A DNA stretch of 64,000 nt, from positions 2,144,001 through 2,208,000 of the forward strand of contig OY760142.1 in the NCBI GenBank assembly GCA_963663225.1, in the 5' to 3' direction. The position numbers and the translations under genes were made by a program. Of this stretch, positions 40,074-49,292 are shown piece after piece. The notes beneath the pieces were generated by a model. The model did not search any database. It had not been told where the DNA came from and worked only from the letters and a program-made list of their open reading frames with translations. This stretch comes from Nitrospirota bacterium. GTDB taxonomy: Bacteria; Nitrospirota; UBA9217. The first letter of the stretch is position 1; each line of letters starts with the position of its first letter.

Positions 40074-41522
40074 GTGAAAAATAAATACGGCGGTATTCGC
40101 ATCAAAACGATTTCATTCATTGAGCCGGGCGCGCCCGGCCTCCATATCTTCAGGAAATATCCTATACCCCGGCTTGGAGCGGTGCTGCTGGCAACGATTC
40201 TCAAAGAGCGAGGCTATGAGGTTAGAGTTTTCATCGAAGACATTGCCGAGCCTGACTGGTCGTACATTGAAAACTCGGACGTTGTCTGCATATCCACGAT
40301 CACGTCCACGGCAAACAAAGCGTACGCCCTGGGAAAACGTCTGCGGAATATCGGCATTCCCGTGGTCATGGGCGGCGCGCATGCCACGTTTCTCCCTGAC
40401 GAAGCGCTGGATCATGCAGATTTTGTTATACGGGGTGAAGGGGAGCAATCTCTCGGAGAGCTGCTTGAGTGTCTGGAAACTGGCACTTCAGGATTGGGGC
40501 ATATTAGCGGCCTTTCCTATAAAGACAATGAGGGAAGAAATATTCACAACCCTTCCGGCGAGTTCATACAAAATCTTGATGATCTTCCGATTCCCGATTT
40601 TTCACTCGTCCATGGCTGGAACACGAACACGCCGTACCCTGTCTCCACATCGCGGGGCTGCCCGTTCGCTTGCAGTTTCTGCTCCGTCATCAATATGTTC
40701 GGCCGAAAATATCGTTTTAAATCCGTTGAGGGGTCCCTGAGTGAACTGCGTCATGCGTCATCAGTGTCCCAGGCGACGAAGTTCATTGTGGACGACAATT
40801 TTGCTGCGCATCCGGAAAGGACGAAAGCAATCCTGCAGGGGATGATTGCAGAGGAGATCAAGACTTCATGGTCGGCGCAAGTAAGGGTGGACGTTGCAAA
40901 GGACGAGGAACTTCTGCGTTTGATGGCAGAGTCGGGATGCTATACGCTGTTTATAGGGTTCGAATCCATAAATCCGCGCACGCTTGCGGCATACAATAAA
41001 AAACAGAATAAACAGGACATTGTTTCATGCATTCGATCTGTTCAGAGTCACGGCATCCATATTCACGGTATGTTTGTTTTCGGCGCTGATACCGATGATG
41101 TCGGCACGATTCGGGATACGGCTGCTTTTGCGACCGATCTCGGCATTGACACGGTGCAGTTCATGATTCTCACACCGCTTCCGGGAACGACATTTTATGC
41201 CGACATGGAAAAAAGCGGGAGACTGATGCACAAAGACTGGAGCAAATACGATTCCCATCATGTGGTCTTTACTCCTTTATTGCTTTCTCATTCGATTCTG
41301 CAGACTGAAACGTTCAGGGCAATGGGACGCTTTTATACCTGGAAACATATTTTCAGATATTTAATACGATTGGAGTTTCAGTATGCTGCTATAGGACTGT
41401 TCGGTAAAACGGCAGTGAACAAATTCCTAAAATCATCAGATCGATATCTTGCTGACATGACGAGGCGGTTTAAAAATCCTGACTGTACAGAAATGCGTGA
41501 AGGTGATTTTTCCGGAAAATGA
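40074..41522 (+). CDS. B12-binding-domain radical SAM protein
   Basis: N-terminal PRLG..VVMGGAHATFLPDE..GEGE; SRGCPFACSFC; GFES; TPLPGT. Confidence 0.92.
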   Translation: MKNKYGGIRIKTISFIEPGAPGLHIFRKYPIPRLGAVLLATILKERGYEVRVFIEDIAEPDWSYIENSDVVCISTITSTANKAYALGKRLRNIGIPVVMGGAHATFLPDEALDHADFVIRGEGEQSLGELLECLETGTSGLGHISGLSYKDNEGRNIHNPSGEFIQNLDDLPIPDFSLVHGWNTNTPYPVSTSRGCPFACSFCSVINMFGRKYRFKSVEGSLSELRHASSVSQATKFIVDDNFAAHPERTKAILQGMIAEEIKTSWSAQVRVDVAKDEELLRLMAESGCYTLFIGFESINPRTLAAYNKKQNKQDIVSCIRSVQSHGIHIHGMFVFGADTDDVGTIRDTAAFATDLGIDTVQFMILTPLPGTTFYADMEKSGRLMHKDWSKYDSHHVVFTPLLLSHSILQTETFRAMGRFYTWKHIFRYLIRLEFQYAAIGLFGKTAVNKFLKSSDRYLADMTRRFKNPDCTEMREGDFSGK

Positions 41523-41552
41523 ACTTAACCGGCATAGCCGCTAAAAAAATAA

Positions 41553-41570
41553 TTGTAATAATATTGTAAC
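41553..41570 (+). promoter_or_regulatory. Pho-box-like repeat (2 units, 11-bp period) before a TATGAT -10
   Basis: TTGTAAT-AATA-TTGTAAC, then TGCTATGAT at 41578-41586. Confidence 0.5.
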
Positions 41571-41607
41571 AATTTGCTGCTATGATTCAACCAAACAGGA
41601 GGCACTT

Positions 41608-41820
41608 ATGCACATTCGCCGGTTGGCTCCGGGAATAGAGCAGATTTTCATCGATGATTATTCTTCAGGATGTCCCTATGTTCCCATCAACAAGGATTAT
41701 TGTTCCGCATCGGTAATGTCGGTTCCGATCACGGATCGCACCATGGATAGTTACTGCAGTTCGGAAGACTTCGACCGCTGCCCGTTGTTTCTGGCCAAAG
41801 TATTACGAAGATGCTCCTGA
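41608..41820 (+). CDS. Small Cys-rich putative metal-binding protein
   Basis: AGGAGG RBS; CPY..C..YC..CPLF pattern. Confidence 0.7.
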   Translation: MHIRRLAPGIEQIFIDDYSSGCPYVPINKDYCSASVMSVPITDRTMDSYCSSEDFDRCPLFLAKVLRRCS

Positions 41821-41882
41821 GTGCGCTGTTGTCTCAGGACAGTTTTTTACGCGGGAAGGATTCATGAGAGGGAGTGTTTACC

Positions 41883-42119
41883 ATGAGTGAAATCAGTGTA
41901 AACAGTACGTCTGTGCTGTCAAATGAAAAAGAAAAAAACAAACGGGAAGACACAATTATGAAACTAGCGCAGGAACTGGGGCTTCCTGTAGAAGATGTTA
42001 AAAAATCGTATGAAGAGATATTAGAAAAATTCAGGAATGCGACAATCAAAGACTTTGTGCCTATTTTCGTCACCCGTAGTACCAGAGAGCGTCTGAAGCA
42101 TTTGCAACATACGAATTGA
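41883..42119 (+). CDS. Small three-helix-bundle (DUF3562-like) protein
   Basis: LAQELGLPVEDV..ATIKDFVPIFVTRSTRERL. Confidence 0.7.
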   Translation: MSEISVNSTSVLSNEKEKNKREDTIMKLAQELGLPVEDVKKSYEEILEKFRNATIKDFVPIFVTRSTRERLKHLQHTN

Positions 42120-42234
42120 TTTTTTCGCGATCAACGGAACATTATCCCTGTTTTGACCTTCAGCTACAACTCTACCCGTAATGCTTTTGTAGCAAAACCT
42201 TCAATTGTAAGCCCGTCTGATTATTCCTGTAAAA

Positions 42235-42272
42235 TTAATCCAATCTTAACATACTCGTAATCCGGGCGTAAC
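42235..42272 (+). promoter_or_regulatory. Pho-box-like array (4 x KTAAY, 11-bp period)
   Basis: TTAAT 42235, TTAAC 42246, GTAAT 42257, GTAAC 42268. Confidence 0.65.
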
Positions 42273-42434
42273 GAATCCCTGGCAACATTTCGTACAAAAT
42301 GATTATTGTCGTAAAACACTGAGGTGAACAATATTGATAGATCGGGGGTGATTCAACAAGAATAATCTGGTTACTTTAACAATTTGTTGTGAGCTGAGAT
42401 AAATTATACGCTCTTATCGAAAGGAGTGCCGTTC

Positions 42435-44207
42435 ATGAATATCCTTGTTTCCCGTAAAAACATACTGGCCACTTTGCTGGCAATTGCCGTTGCGGCCGCT
42501 TTAACAGGGACAAGCTTTGCTCACGATCAGGAATTTGGTTTTCAGAAGCCATGGAAGTTCGGCATCATGGCCGACACCCAGTGGAAAACATCTCCTGACG
42601 GCAAGAATCCAAACAATGTTGCCATCGGGGTAATCAACCATCTTAATCAGGAATTCATCAAGCATGGGGTCAAGTTCGTGATTCAGGTCGGTGACCTGAC
42701 GGAAAACGGCAATAATATGGAAATGGACACCACAGCCACCTTCAGACAGGCGCTGTACAACGCTGGCATAGGCTTTTATCCTTTGCGTGGAAACCACGAG
42801 ACGTCTGCGGCTGTTGCAGAAGAATTCAGGCGAGTTTTTCCTCAAACCCGGACCGGCATGAATAACCAGACTCCGTCAGATGCCTTCGTCACGACTGCGT
42901 ATTACGGTGCGCCGCCGGCCAATACCAACACTGCGTTTATTACCGGCTCAAACTTTACCAGCCCCCTGGACATCGATCAGAATTATGCCGGACTGAGCTA
43001 CTCCTTTGATTACAATAATGCGCTTTTTCTGCTGCTCGACGGATTCACCATCCCGAACATTGCATGCAATCTGATCGAAAATCAGCAGCCCTGGATATCG
43101 AATACTCTTGCAGCCAGAGAATCTGACGCCCACGCCTTTGTTTTCAGTCATAAAGGCATGATTACGGAAAACCACAAAGACATTCTTTTTACAGAACCCG
43201 GCAAATGCAATGGAAGCAGCACCAACAGCACTCCTGCAGCCAAGCCCGCCGAACAGAATACTTTTCTAAGCAGCCTGTTCAACAACGGAGTACGGTTGTA
43301 TATAAACGGCCACGACCACATGCACAATCGTGCGATCGTTGAAAGTCCGGACCGCACATCGGTGGTGCAGAATATTACCGCCTCTTCAAACAGCTACAAG
43401 TTCTATATACCGTTGATTCCCTCAAACGACGAAACGTATAATCTTCCTGCATTCGGATTTCGGCGAGAGACTGTGGTGGCGCAGGAACTTTTTACCGTCG
43501 GCTACTATATTGTGACCGTAGATGGGCCGCGGGTGACGGTGGATTACTATTCTTCGCCTAATGGTTGCAGCGGCGATTGCGACCAGACGAACGATGTAAT
43601 ACCCTATACATTTACCAAGAGGGAAAGCTTTGGTTACAGCCTGAACGGCAAAGATTTCTTAATTCCGCAAGGCGCTTCGTATGCTTCTGTTCGAGACCAT
43701 CATCATGGTACGAACGGTGCAATCCTTGAAGGTATGAACAACAGTACGGCAAAAGCATATGATGGACGGTCTTTGACCAAAATTGTCAGCACCGGATGGT
43801 CTCCGAAAACGCAGGGTACGAACAATGGTGCGTTTACGCTCTGGGGCATGGCAGGTAGTTTGGGAAGCGACCAGACGGACGTGTTTGCGCTTTCCTTGAG
43901 CTATGAACATGCCGATGTGGACCATAAGGATTTAAAGCGAGGTGGGTTCGGTTTGGTCACAAAAGACGCCTATGGCAACTGGACCAACGCAGTGGATAAG
44001 AATTACGGTGGTGCAAAAAAGTTTATATACGGTCCGTGGCAATCCGGCTATGAACTCGGCACGTATGGCGTGGATCCGCACACGCATACAGTTTGGGCGG
44101 TGATTAATTATAATGGTGATTTTTCATCAGGTGAATTTCACGCAGTGCATCCTCAAGATCACAAGAACGAGCAGCGGGGAGGGCGGAGCACCGATGATCA
44201 TAAGTGA
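42435..44207 (+). CDS. Secreted calcineurin-like metallophosphoesterase
   Basis: Signal peptide (..TSFA); MADTQ, QVGDL, RGNHE, FSHK, NGHDHMH. Confidence 0.88.
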   Translation: MNILVSRKNILATLLAIAVAAALTGTSFAHDQEFGFQKPWKFGIMADTQWKTSPDGKNPNNVAIGVINHLNQEFIKHGVKFVIQVGDLTENGNNMEMDTTATFRQALYNAGIGFYPLRGNHETSAAVAEEFRRVFPQTRTGMNNQTPSDAFVTTAYYGAPPANTNTAFITGSNFTSPLDIDQNYAGLSYSFDYNNALFLLLDGFTIPNIACNLIENQQPWISNTLAARESDAHAFVFSHKGMITENHKDILFTEPGKCNGSSTNSTPAAKPAEQNTFLSSLFNNGVRLYINGHDHMHNRAIVESPDRTSVVQNITASSNSYKFYIPLIPSNDETYNLPAFGFRRETVVAQELFTVGYYIVTVDGPRVTVDYYSSPNGCSGDCDQTNDVIPYTFTKRESFGYSLNGKDFLIPQGASYASVRDHHHGTNGAILEGMNNSTAKAYDGRSLTKIVSTGWSPKTQGTNNGAFTLWGMAGSLGSDQTDVFALSLSYEHADVDHKDLKRGGFGLVTKDAYGNWTNAVDKNYGGAKKFIYGPWQSGYELGTYGVDPHTHTVWAVINYNGDFSSGEFHAVHPQDHKNEQRGGRSTDDHK

Positions 44208-44351
44208 AATTTTCGGAACGGCAGTTTTTAGAACCGGCAGCTGAAGTCGTTTATGCCGGGGAGTCCGTGCCTGTTCCGCGGGCTCTCCGGCATTTTAAAT
44301 TGTATTCGACATCCTCGACCCGGTACTCCCACAGTGTGTTTAATTCTTTTT

Positions 44352-45026
44352 TTATTCAAAACCGAACAATATACTCTGGAACAACCTTGTTCCTGCCTGT
44401 ATTTGTTCCCCGACCACATAATTCCCCGGAGTGCCGTGGTTTATTTCCCGGTGTTCTTTTGTGTGTTCTTCTGACCAGAAGAAGATTGTTCTTTTTCAGA
44501 ACGCCTTAATAATGTTCTTTTCCGGGAGCGTAAAGAGGTCCAGGTCAGGCGCATAGACCACGGGTTCGCACCCTTTTCCAGCGGCTGAATAATTAAGCTC
44601 ACTGTCTATCGTCAGTTCCATCGGCTTTTTGCAGTGTGCGCATTCAGTGTGGACCGTGACCGTAAGCTGTTCATTTCGTAATCGCCCTTGCACGAAGGGC
44701 GTGGCAAACGCATCCACTGCTCAGGCCGCGTATACCTGCTCGCCGGTGCTGAAGGTCAGATGATGGGGCGTTTTCTCTATTGTTACCGGATATGCCCATG
44801 TCACCGATCCTTCAGGATTTCTGAACAGGAACGTCATGCGCTTTTCCATGTCCTCAAGAAGGAATGCGACCCGGTCGCGGGGCATATTCAGCTTTTGCGC
44901 GATAACATCGGGCGGGAGAGGCTTTCCTGTACGGGGAAGTTCTCTGACTGTAAAATGATGCACTCGCCGGTGATCGGCGGTCATAAAACGCACCGCATTT
45001 TTAAACCTCCTGATCTTGTCTTCCAT
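44352..45026 (-). CDS. merB: MerB-like organometal lyase with two selenocysteines (U102 at 44721-44723, U177 at 44496-44498), 224 aa
   Basis: Read-through gives WAYPVT..HHL..VYAA-U-AVDA..ECAHCKKPMELTI..IIKAF-U-KRTIFFWSEEH..FGFE-TAA, matching MerB YAWCALD and SFCCHVHFFAS; SECIS-like hairpin after each UGA; AAGGAG RBS. Confidence 0.85.
44466..44483 (-). promoter_or_regulatory. SECIS-like hairpin for the second UGA of the MerB-like gene
   Basis: TTCTTCT-GGTC-AGAAGAA starting 12 nt after UGA. Confidence 0.7.
44683..44701 (-). promoter_or_regulatory. SECIS-like hairpin for the first UGA of the MerB-like gene
   Basis: CGCCCTT-CGTGC-AAGGGCG starting 19 nt after UGA. Confidence 0.7.
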
Positions 45027-45068
45027 GCAGTCTCCTTTCGTAACGCGAATAAGCTATGTATACTTTTA

Positions 45069-45605
45069 TCATATTTGCCGCTCCGTCCGCGATTGCTTTC
45101 TGATGAGGATGATTTCTGCTGCTGGAATACCGAGCGACTCAAGAAAGTCCTGATGGGCTTCCGGGGCGAGCCGTTCAAATTCCGTATGCCATTTGCTTCG
45201 TGCCGTTTCATCCAGTCCGGAGTTCTGCAGCAATTGTATCCAGCGTTTTTTGTCCATGAACCCCGCCCTGGCAATTGCGCGATTGTTCTTTAAAAGAGTG
45301 ACAATAAAATGCTGCTGATTGCGCAAAGCACGGATTTCGTTGTTTAAGTCTTCAAGCCGCTTTTTAAGGAGATAAACGACGCCTTTTCCGCCATTGGTTT
45401 TTATGACCCTGTCGATGTCTTTGAGCGGCAGTCCCGCCCTGCGGTACGTGCATATTTGTTCAAGACGGGCGCAGTCTTTTTCGGTGTAGGCCCGGTAATT
45501 CGAGCTGCTTCTTCCCGAGGGAGAGAACAGTCCGAGCGAATCATAGTAAAGCAGGGTGCTGCGGGAAAGGCCGAATTTTTTCGACAATTTGCCGATGGTA
45601 TACAT
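45069..45605 (-). CDS. MerR-family transcriptional regulator
   Basis: YTIGKLSKKFGLSRSTLLYYDSLGL..NYRAY HTH; coiled coil; C-terminal WH.EFE..APE.HQ.FL.SLG domain; AGGAGG RBS. Confidence 0.92.
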   Translation of the reverse strand: MYTIGKLSKKFGLSRSTLLYYDSLGLFSPSGRSSSNYRAYTEKDCARLEQICTYRRAGLPLKDIDRVIKTNGGKGVVYLLKKRLEDLNNEIRALRNQQHFIVTLLKNNRAIARAGFMDKKRWIQLLQNSGLDETARSKWHTEFERLAPEAHQDFLESLGIPAAEIILIRKQSRTERQI

Positions 45606-45629
45606 GATCACCTCCTGCATCAGCAGTGT

Positions 45630-45660
45630 AGCATAAACTATAAAGCAATAGACAGGTCAA
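45630..45660 (-). promoter_or_regulatory. MerR-type promoter with 19-bp spacer
   Basis: TTGACC-19 nt-TATGCT with CTAT..ATAG dyad in the spacer. Confidence 0.7.
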
Positions 45661-45824
45661 GGTGTTTTTTTAATTTCAGGTCTTTCCGGGTTAAACGGTA
45701 CGCAGGGGCGGGGAGATTGAGAAAAGCTGTTTTCTTGTTGCATCAGTAAATCAAGCCGAAATTCCGTTGTGCGATGTTTTAAGGTATAATCATAAACGGG
45801 AGTTTTATGAACAGGGATATCTTC

Positions 45825-46286
45825 ATGATAAAGAAAAGGGTTTACACATTGTGTATCTGTTTTATCATTACACTCGGTTCATCCGGATGTTCGGGCGTTC
45901 GGCCCGCAACGCTCGGCGTCAAAGACGGACGGCTGTCGCCCTGTCCATCTTCGCCGAACTGTGTTTCGAGCCAGAGCCTTGACAGAGAGCATGCGATCAG
46001 TCCGCTGATGTATGCGCCCCTGTCTGCGTCTGCCGCGCATGATAAATTAAAAAAAATAATTTGGGGCATGAAAAGGACCGAGATTATAACCGACACCGGC
46101 ACGTATATCCACGCGGAGTTTACCAGCGCGGTCTGGCGGTTTGTGGACGATGTGGAATTCTTTTTTGACGAGTCGTCGAATACGATTCATATTCGTTCCG
46201 CGTCGCGACTTGGGAAATCGGATTTCGGCGTGAACCGGAAAAGAATAGAGTCTATCCGGTCGCTTTGGAATGCCAGGGAGCATTGA
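45825..46286 (+). CDS. DUF1499 family lipoprotein
   Basis: LSPCPSSPNCVSSQ, FVDDVEF, RSASRLGKSDFGVNRKRIE. Confidence 0.88.
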   Translation: MIKKRVYTLCICFIITLGSSGCSGVRPATLGVKDGRLSPCPSSPNCVSSQSLDREHAISPLMYAPLSASAAHDKLKKIIWGMKRTEIITDTGTYIHAEFTSAVWRFVDDVEFFFDESSNTIHIRSASRLGKSDFGVNRKRIESIRSLWNAREH

Positions 46287-46292
46287 CGGCGT

Positions 46293-46979
46293 ATGGCCCC
46301 GTTTTTTTCCATCATCGTGCCTGTTTTGAATGAGTCCGCCGCAATCAACGAATTGATCGGACATATTCGCACCCTTGACGTCACCGGTATTGCCGAGATT
46401 ATCGTGGTTGATGGCGACCCCGGCGGAAGCACGATCAATGCTGTCCAGGATAATGGCGTGCTCAAAGCTACCTCATCCAAGGGCCGCGCGCGCCAAATGA
46501 ACCACGGCGCGGCGCTTGCTTCAGGCACCATCCTGCTTTTTTTGCATGCCGATACCCGGCTCCCTGAAAATGCCTTTACTCATATTTCCGGAACGATGCG
46601 CGACCAGCTCGTTGTGGGGGGCGCTTTTGATCTGGGATTGGACACCAGGCGCTGTATTTTCAGGATCACCGAACGGTATGTGTTTTTTCGCACACGAGTG
46701 ACCAGAATTCCCTTTGGTGACCAGGCTATTTTTCTCAGAAAGGAATATTTTAGTGCGATCGGCGGCTACCGGGACATTCCCCTGATGGAGGATGTGGAAA
46801 TCATGTCCCGAATAAAAAAGCGGGGGGATCGCATCAACATCATTCCCGAAAAAGTGCGGACTTCTCCACGGAGATGGGAAGAGGAAGGCATTCTGTACTG
46901 CACGGTCCGCAACATGGCTTTGCAAGTGCTTTTCGCGCTGGGCGTTTCACCGGAGCGGCTTGTTGCCTGGTACAAATAA
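46293..46979 (+). CDS. GT2 glycosyltransferase, TIGR04283-like
   Basis: SIIVPVLNE, GRARQMNHGA, LFLHADT, PFGDQAIF, PLMEDVE, TSPRRW. Confidence 0.88.
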   Translation: MAPFFSIIVPVLNESAAINELIGHIRTLDVTGIAEIIVVDGDPGGSTINAVQDNGVLKATSSKGRARQMNHGAALASGTILLFLHADTRLPENAFTHISGTMRDQLVVGGAFDLGLDTRRCIFRITERYVFFRTRVTRIPFGDQAIFLRKEYFSAIGGYRDIPLMEDVEIMSRIKKRGDRINIIPEKVRTSPRRWEEEGILYCTVRNMALQVLFALGVSPERLVAWYK

Positions 46980-47115
46980 TCACGAACAACGATAGTTTTG
47001 CATGATTGTTATTTTTTCTGTCCGGGCGGCGAAGCGGACCGGGTCGTGCTACAATAGGAAGGTGTTCATGAAGATTCCGGTGAACCAAATCTATTGATGC
47101 AGGAGGATACGTATC

Positions 47116-47544
47116 ATGCCAGTACGGAGTGCTGAAGCGCGCTGGGAAGGAAATCTCAAAAAAGGAAAAGGGAGTGTGAAACTGGGAAGCGGTGTTTTTG
47201 AAGGCAAATATTCGTTCGGGTCACGTTTCGAAAAAGACCCCGGTACGAATCCAGAAGAGTTAATAGGGGCCGCTCATGCAGGCTGTTTCAGTATGGCTCT
47301 TTCAATGATATTGGAACAGGCCGGGTATACGGCAGACAGCATTCACACTAGTGCACGGGTTTCGATTGACAAATCAGGAGATGGGTTTAAAATCACTTCC
47401 ATTGCGCTTGAAACAGAAGGGAAGATTCCGGGAATCGATGAAAACACCTTCAAAGAAAAAGCCGAGATGGCCAAAAAAGGATGTCCGGTTTCCGTGGCAT
47501 TGTCCAGTGTTGCCATCACGCTTCAGGCAAAGCTTGTAAAATAG
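47116..47544 (+). CDS. osmC: OsmC family peroxiredoxin
   Basis: GTNPEELIGAAHAGCFSMAL, AKKGCPVS. Confidence 0.92.
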   Translation: MPVRSAEARWEGNLKKGKGSVKLGSGVFEGKYSFGSRFEKDPGTNPEELIGAAHAGCFSMALSMILEQAGYTADSIHTSARVSIDKSGDGFKITSIALETEGKIPGIDENTFKEKAEMAKKGCPVSVALSSVAITLQAKLVK

Positions 47545-47606
47545 TAACCACCGAAAAAACCCGGGGCGACAGGGGAAACTGCAAGCGGACGAACGAGGTA
47601 AAATAC

Positions 47607-48071
47607 ATGTTTCTTTATTTAGTGCGGCATGGCGAGGCGAAACCGGAGACAGAAGATCCTGCGCGGGGCCTGACGGATAAAGGCTTCCGAGATGTTTCGC
47701 TGACGGCGCTGTACGTTCACGACCGGGACATAAAACCCGACGTTATTTATCACAGCGGCAGAAAACGGGCCCAGCAGACCGCGCAGATTTTCAACGATTA
47801 TGTAAAACCGCTTAAAGGCATAATTGAAGCCGACAATCTTGCGCCGATGGACGATCCCGCCATATGGGCCGGGCGCATTTCCGGGATGCGTGAAAACATT
47901 ATGCTCGTGGGACATCTTCCGTACCTGGCAAGGCTTGCCGGTCTGTTGTTGTGCGGGGACAAGGATAAGCTGGCTGCCGATTTCAAGACCGGAGGAATTG
48001 CCTGCTTCGAGCGGCTGAGCGACGGCAGGTGGATCGTTGCGTGGATGCTTTCACCGGCCATGCTCTCTTAG
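47607..48071 (+). CDS. sixA: Phosphohistidine phosphatase SixA
   Basis: LYLVRHGEA, R.LT..G, S..RA.QTA, LVGHLP. Confidence 0.88.
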   Translation: MFLYLVRHGEAKPETEDPARGLTDKGFRDVSLTALYVHDRDIKPDVIYHSGRKRAQQTAQIFNDYVKPLKGIIEADNLAPMDDPAIWAGRISGMRENIMLVGHLPYLARLAGLLLCGDKDKLAADFKTGGIACFERLSDGRWIVAWMLSPAMLS

Positions 48072-48125
48072 GAGAAACAGACGGCGAAGCCGGTTACTAC
48101 AGTCACTGAAAGGAGATGTTGAATT

Positions 48126-48536
48126 ATGGAAACACTGACATTGGAAAAGGTCAAAGTATTGCTGGATCGCGGAGTTGAAAAAATTGCCAGGGATTTTCAA
48201 CGCCCCGCCTGCGTCTCAATTTGCGATGCAAACGGTTTTTTACTCGGTTTCATCCGCATGGATGGCGGGCCGGTCAGAAGCATCCAGATAGCCCAGTGCA
48301 AGGCCCACACCGCCATCCGGATGGGAGTATCCACGGACGCCTTTCAGGAAAGACTTCGCAAGGACAACACCGATATCCGGTATTTTTGCGATCCGCTTCT
48401 TACCGCGCTACCGGGCGGCAGTCTGCTGAAAAACAAGGAAGGGAAAGTAGTCGGAGCTGCCGGTGTCAGCGGTCTCGCCCCGAGTGAAGATCAGATGGTT
48501 ACGAATGATCTGGCGAGCCTGGTGAGTACCTGGTGA
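48126..48536 (+). CDS. GlcG/HbpS-family heme-binding protein
   Basis: DANG.LL.F.RMDG, IA..KAHTA, PGG..GAAGVSG..ED. Confidence 0.85.
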   Translation: METLTLEKVKVLLDRGVEKIARDFQRPACVSICDANGFLLGFIRMDGGPVRSIQIAQCKAHTAIRMGVSTDAFQERLRKDNTDIRYFCDPLLTALPGGSLLKNKEGKVVGAAGVSGLAPSEDQMVTNDLASLVSTW

Positions 48537-48603
48537 CGAATCCGCGGCTGGTGGGTATCGGATCGTCAGGAGTTGATGATTAAAACAGTTCCTAGAAATC
48601 GAT

Positions 48604-48635
48604 AACGGGCCGGCAGTGAAAGCTGCCGGCCCGTT
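48604..48635. terminator. Hairpin between convergent genes
   Basis: AACGGGCCGGCAG-TGAAAG-CTGCCGGCCCGTT. Confidence 0.7.
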
Positions 48636-48657
48636 TGGCTGTTTCAGGAGCGAACGT

Positions 48658-48972
48658 TTACGTGCCTGATGCGGTGTTCAGCTTTCCTTTTACGCTTTTG
48701 ATCTTGTCTTCCATGGTTTGTGCCCGGTCAGACCGTGATCCCAGTTTTATCACCGTGGATATGCGGGGTGCCCCCATTTGATGCACAGCTTCATGGCAGC
48801 GCTTGATGGCGGCAAAAACCGCGTCCCATTCTCCTTCTACATTCGTCCCATAGGCATGCAGAGAAGTTTTCAGGCTAGCCTCGGCAAGTATTTTTTCGCA
48901 CGCTGCAACGTATGAGGACAGCGAAACTCCCACGCCGATCGGGACGATACAAACATCTACTATGACATCCAT
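48658..48972 (-). CDS. MTH1187/YkoF-family thiamine-binding protein
   Basis: IVPIG.G.SLS.YVA..HAYGTNVEGEWD..GAPRIST.IK..R.D. Confidence 0.88.
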   Translation of the reverse strand: MDVIVDVCIVPIGVGVSLSSYVAACEKILAEASLKTSLHAYGTNVEGEWDAVFAAIKRCHEAVHQMGAPRISTVIKLGSRSDRAQTMEDKIKSVKGKLNTASGT

Positions 48973-49292
48973 TTTCAATAAACCCCTTTCGTAAAATATA
49001 ATGCTAAAGACTGATTATGCCAACAACCGGCAACCGGTACCGATCTTGCTTCCGGCAACCAGCAATCATATCGATTTTTTTCAGTTTATCAGCTTTTGTC
49101 GCGAATGTAACAGAACTTTCTTGTTATTTCAAGTGAATAGTAAAATCCTGTTGACAGGTGCAGGGAATTTCAAGTATATAATTTCAAAGACATTCGCCTG
49201 CTGGCTTCAGATATACGGTCTGTTCGTATTATCACCGGCAGGCCGAAGAAAAGTTTCCGTTTGAAAATCTTTCCCGGAAGGAATGGCTCAGT

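Noticed and set aside
41810-41840. TGA read-through of the small Cys protein (RRCS-TGA)
   Set aside because: The hairpin TCCTGAG..CTCAGGA includes the stop itself and is followed by a T-run, so it looks like a terminator rather than a SECIS.
44352-45026. Reading the MerB-like locus as a pseudogene with two nonsense mutations
   Set aside because: Both stops are TGA, both fall on catalytic-Cys columns, both have SECIS-like hairpins and the frame is otherwise intact.
46293-46979. Arsenosugar pathway linked to the MerB operon
   Set aside because: No arsM, arsS or partner glycosyltransferase is adjacent and the gene is on the divergent strand; proximity alone is insufficient.
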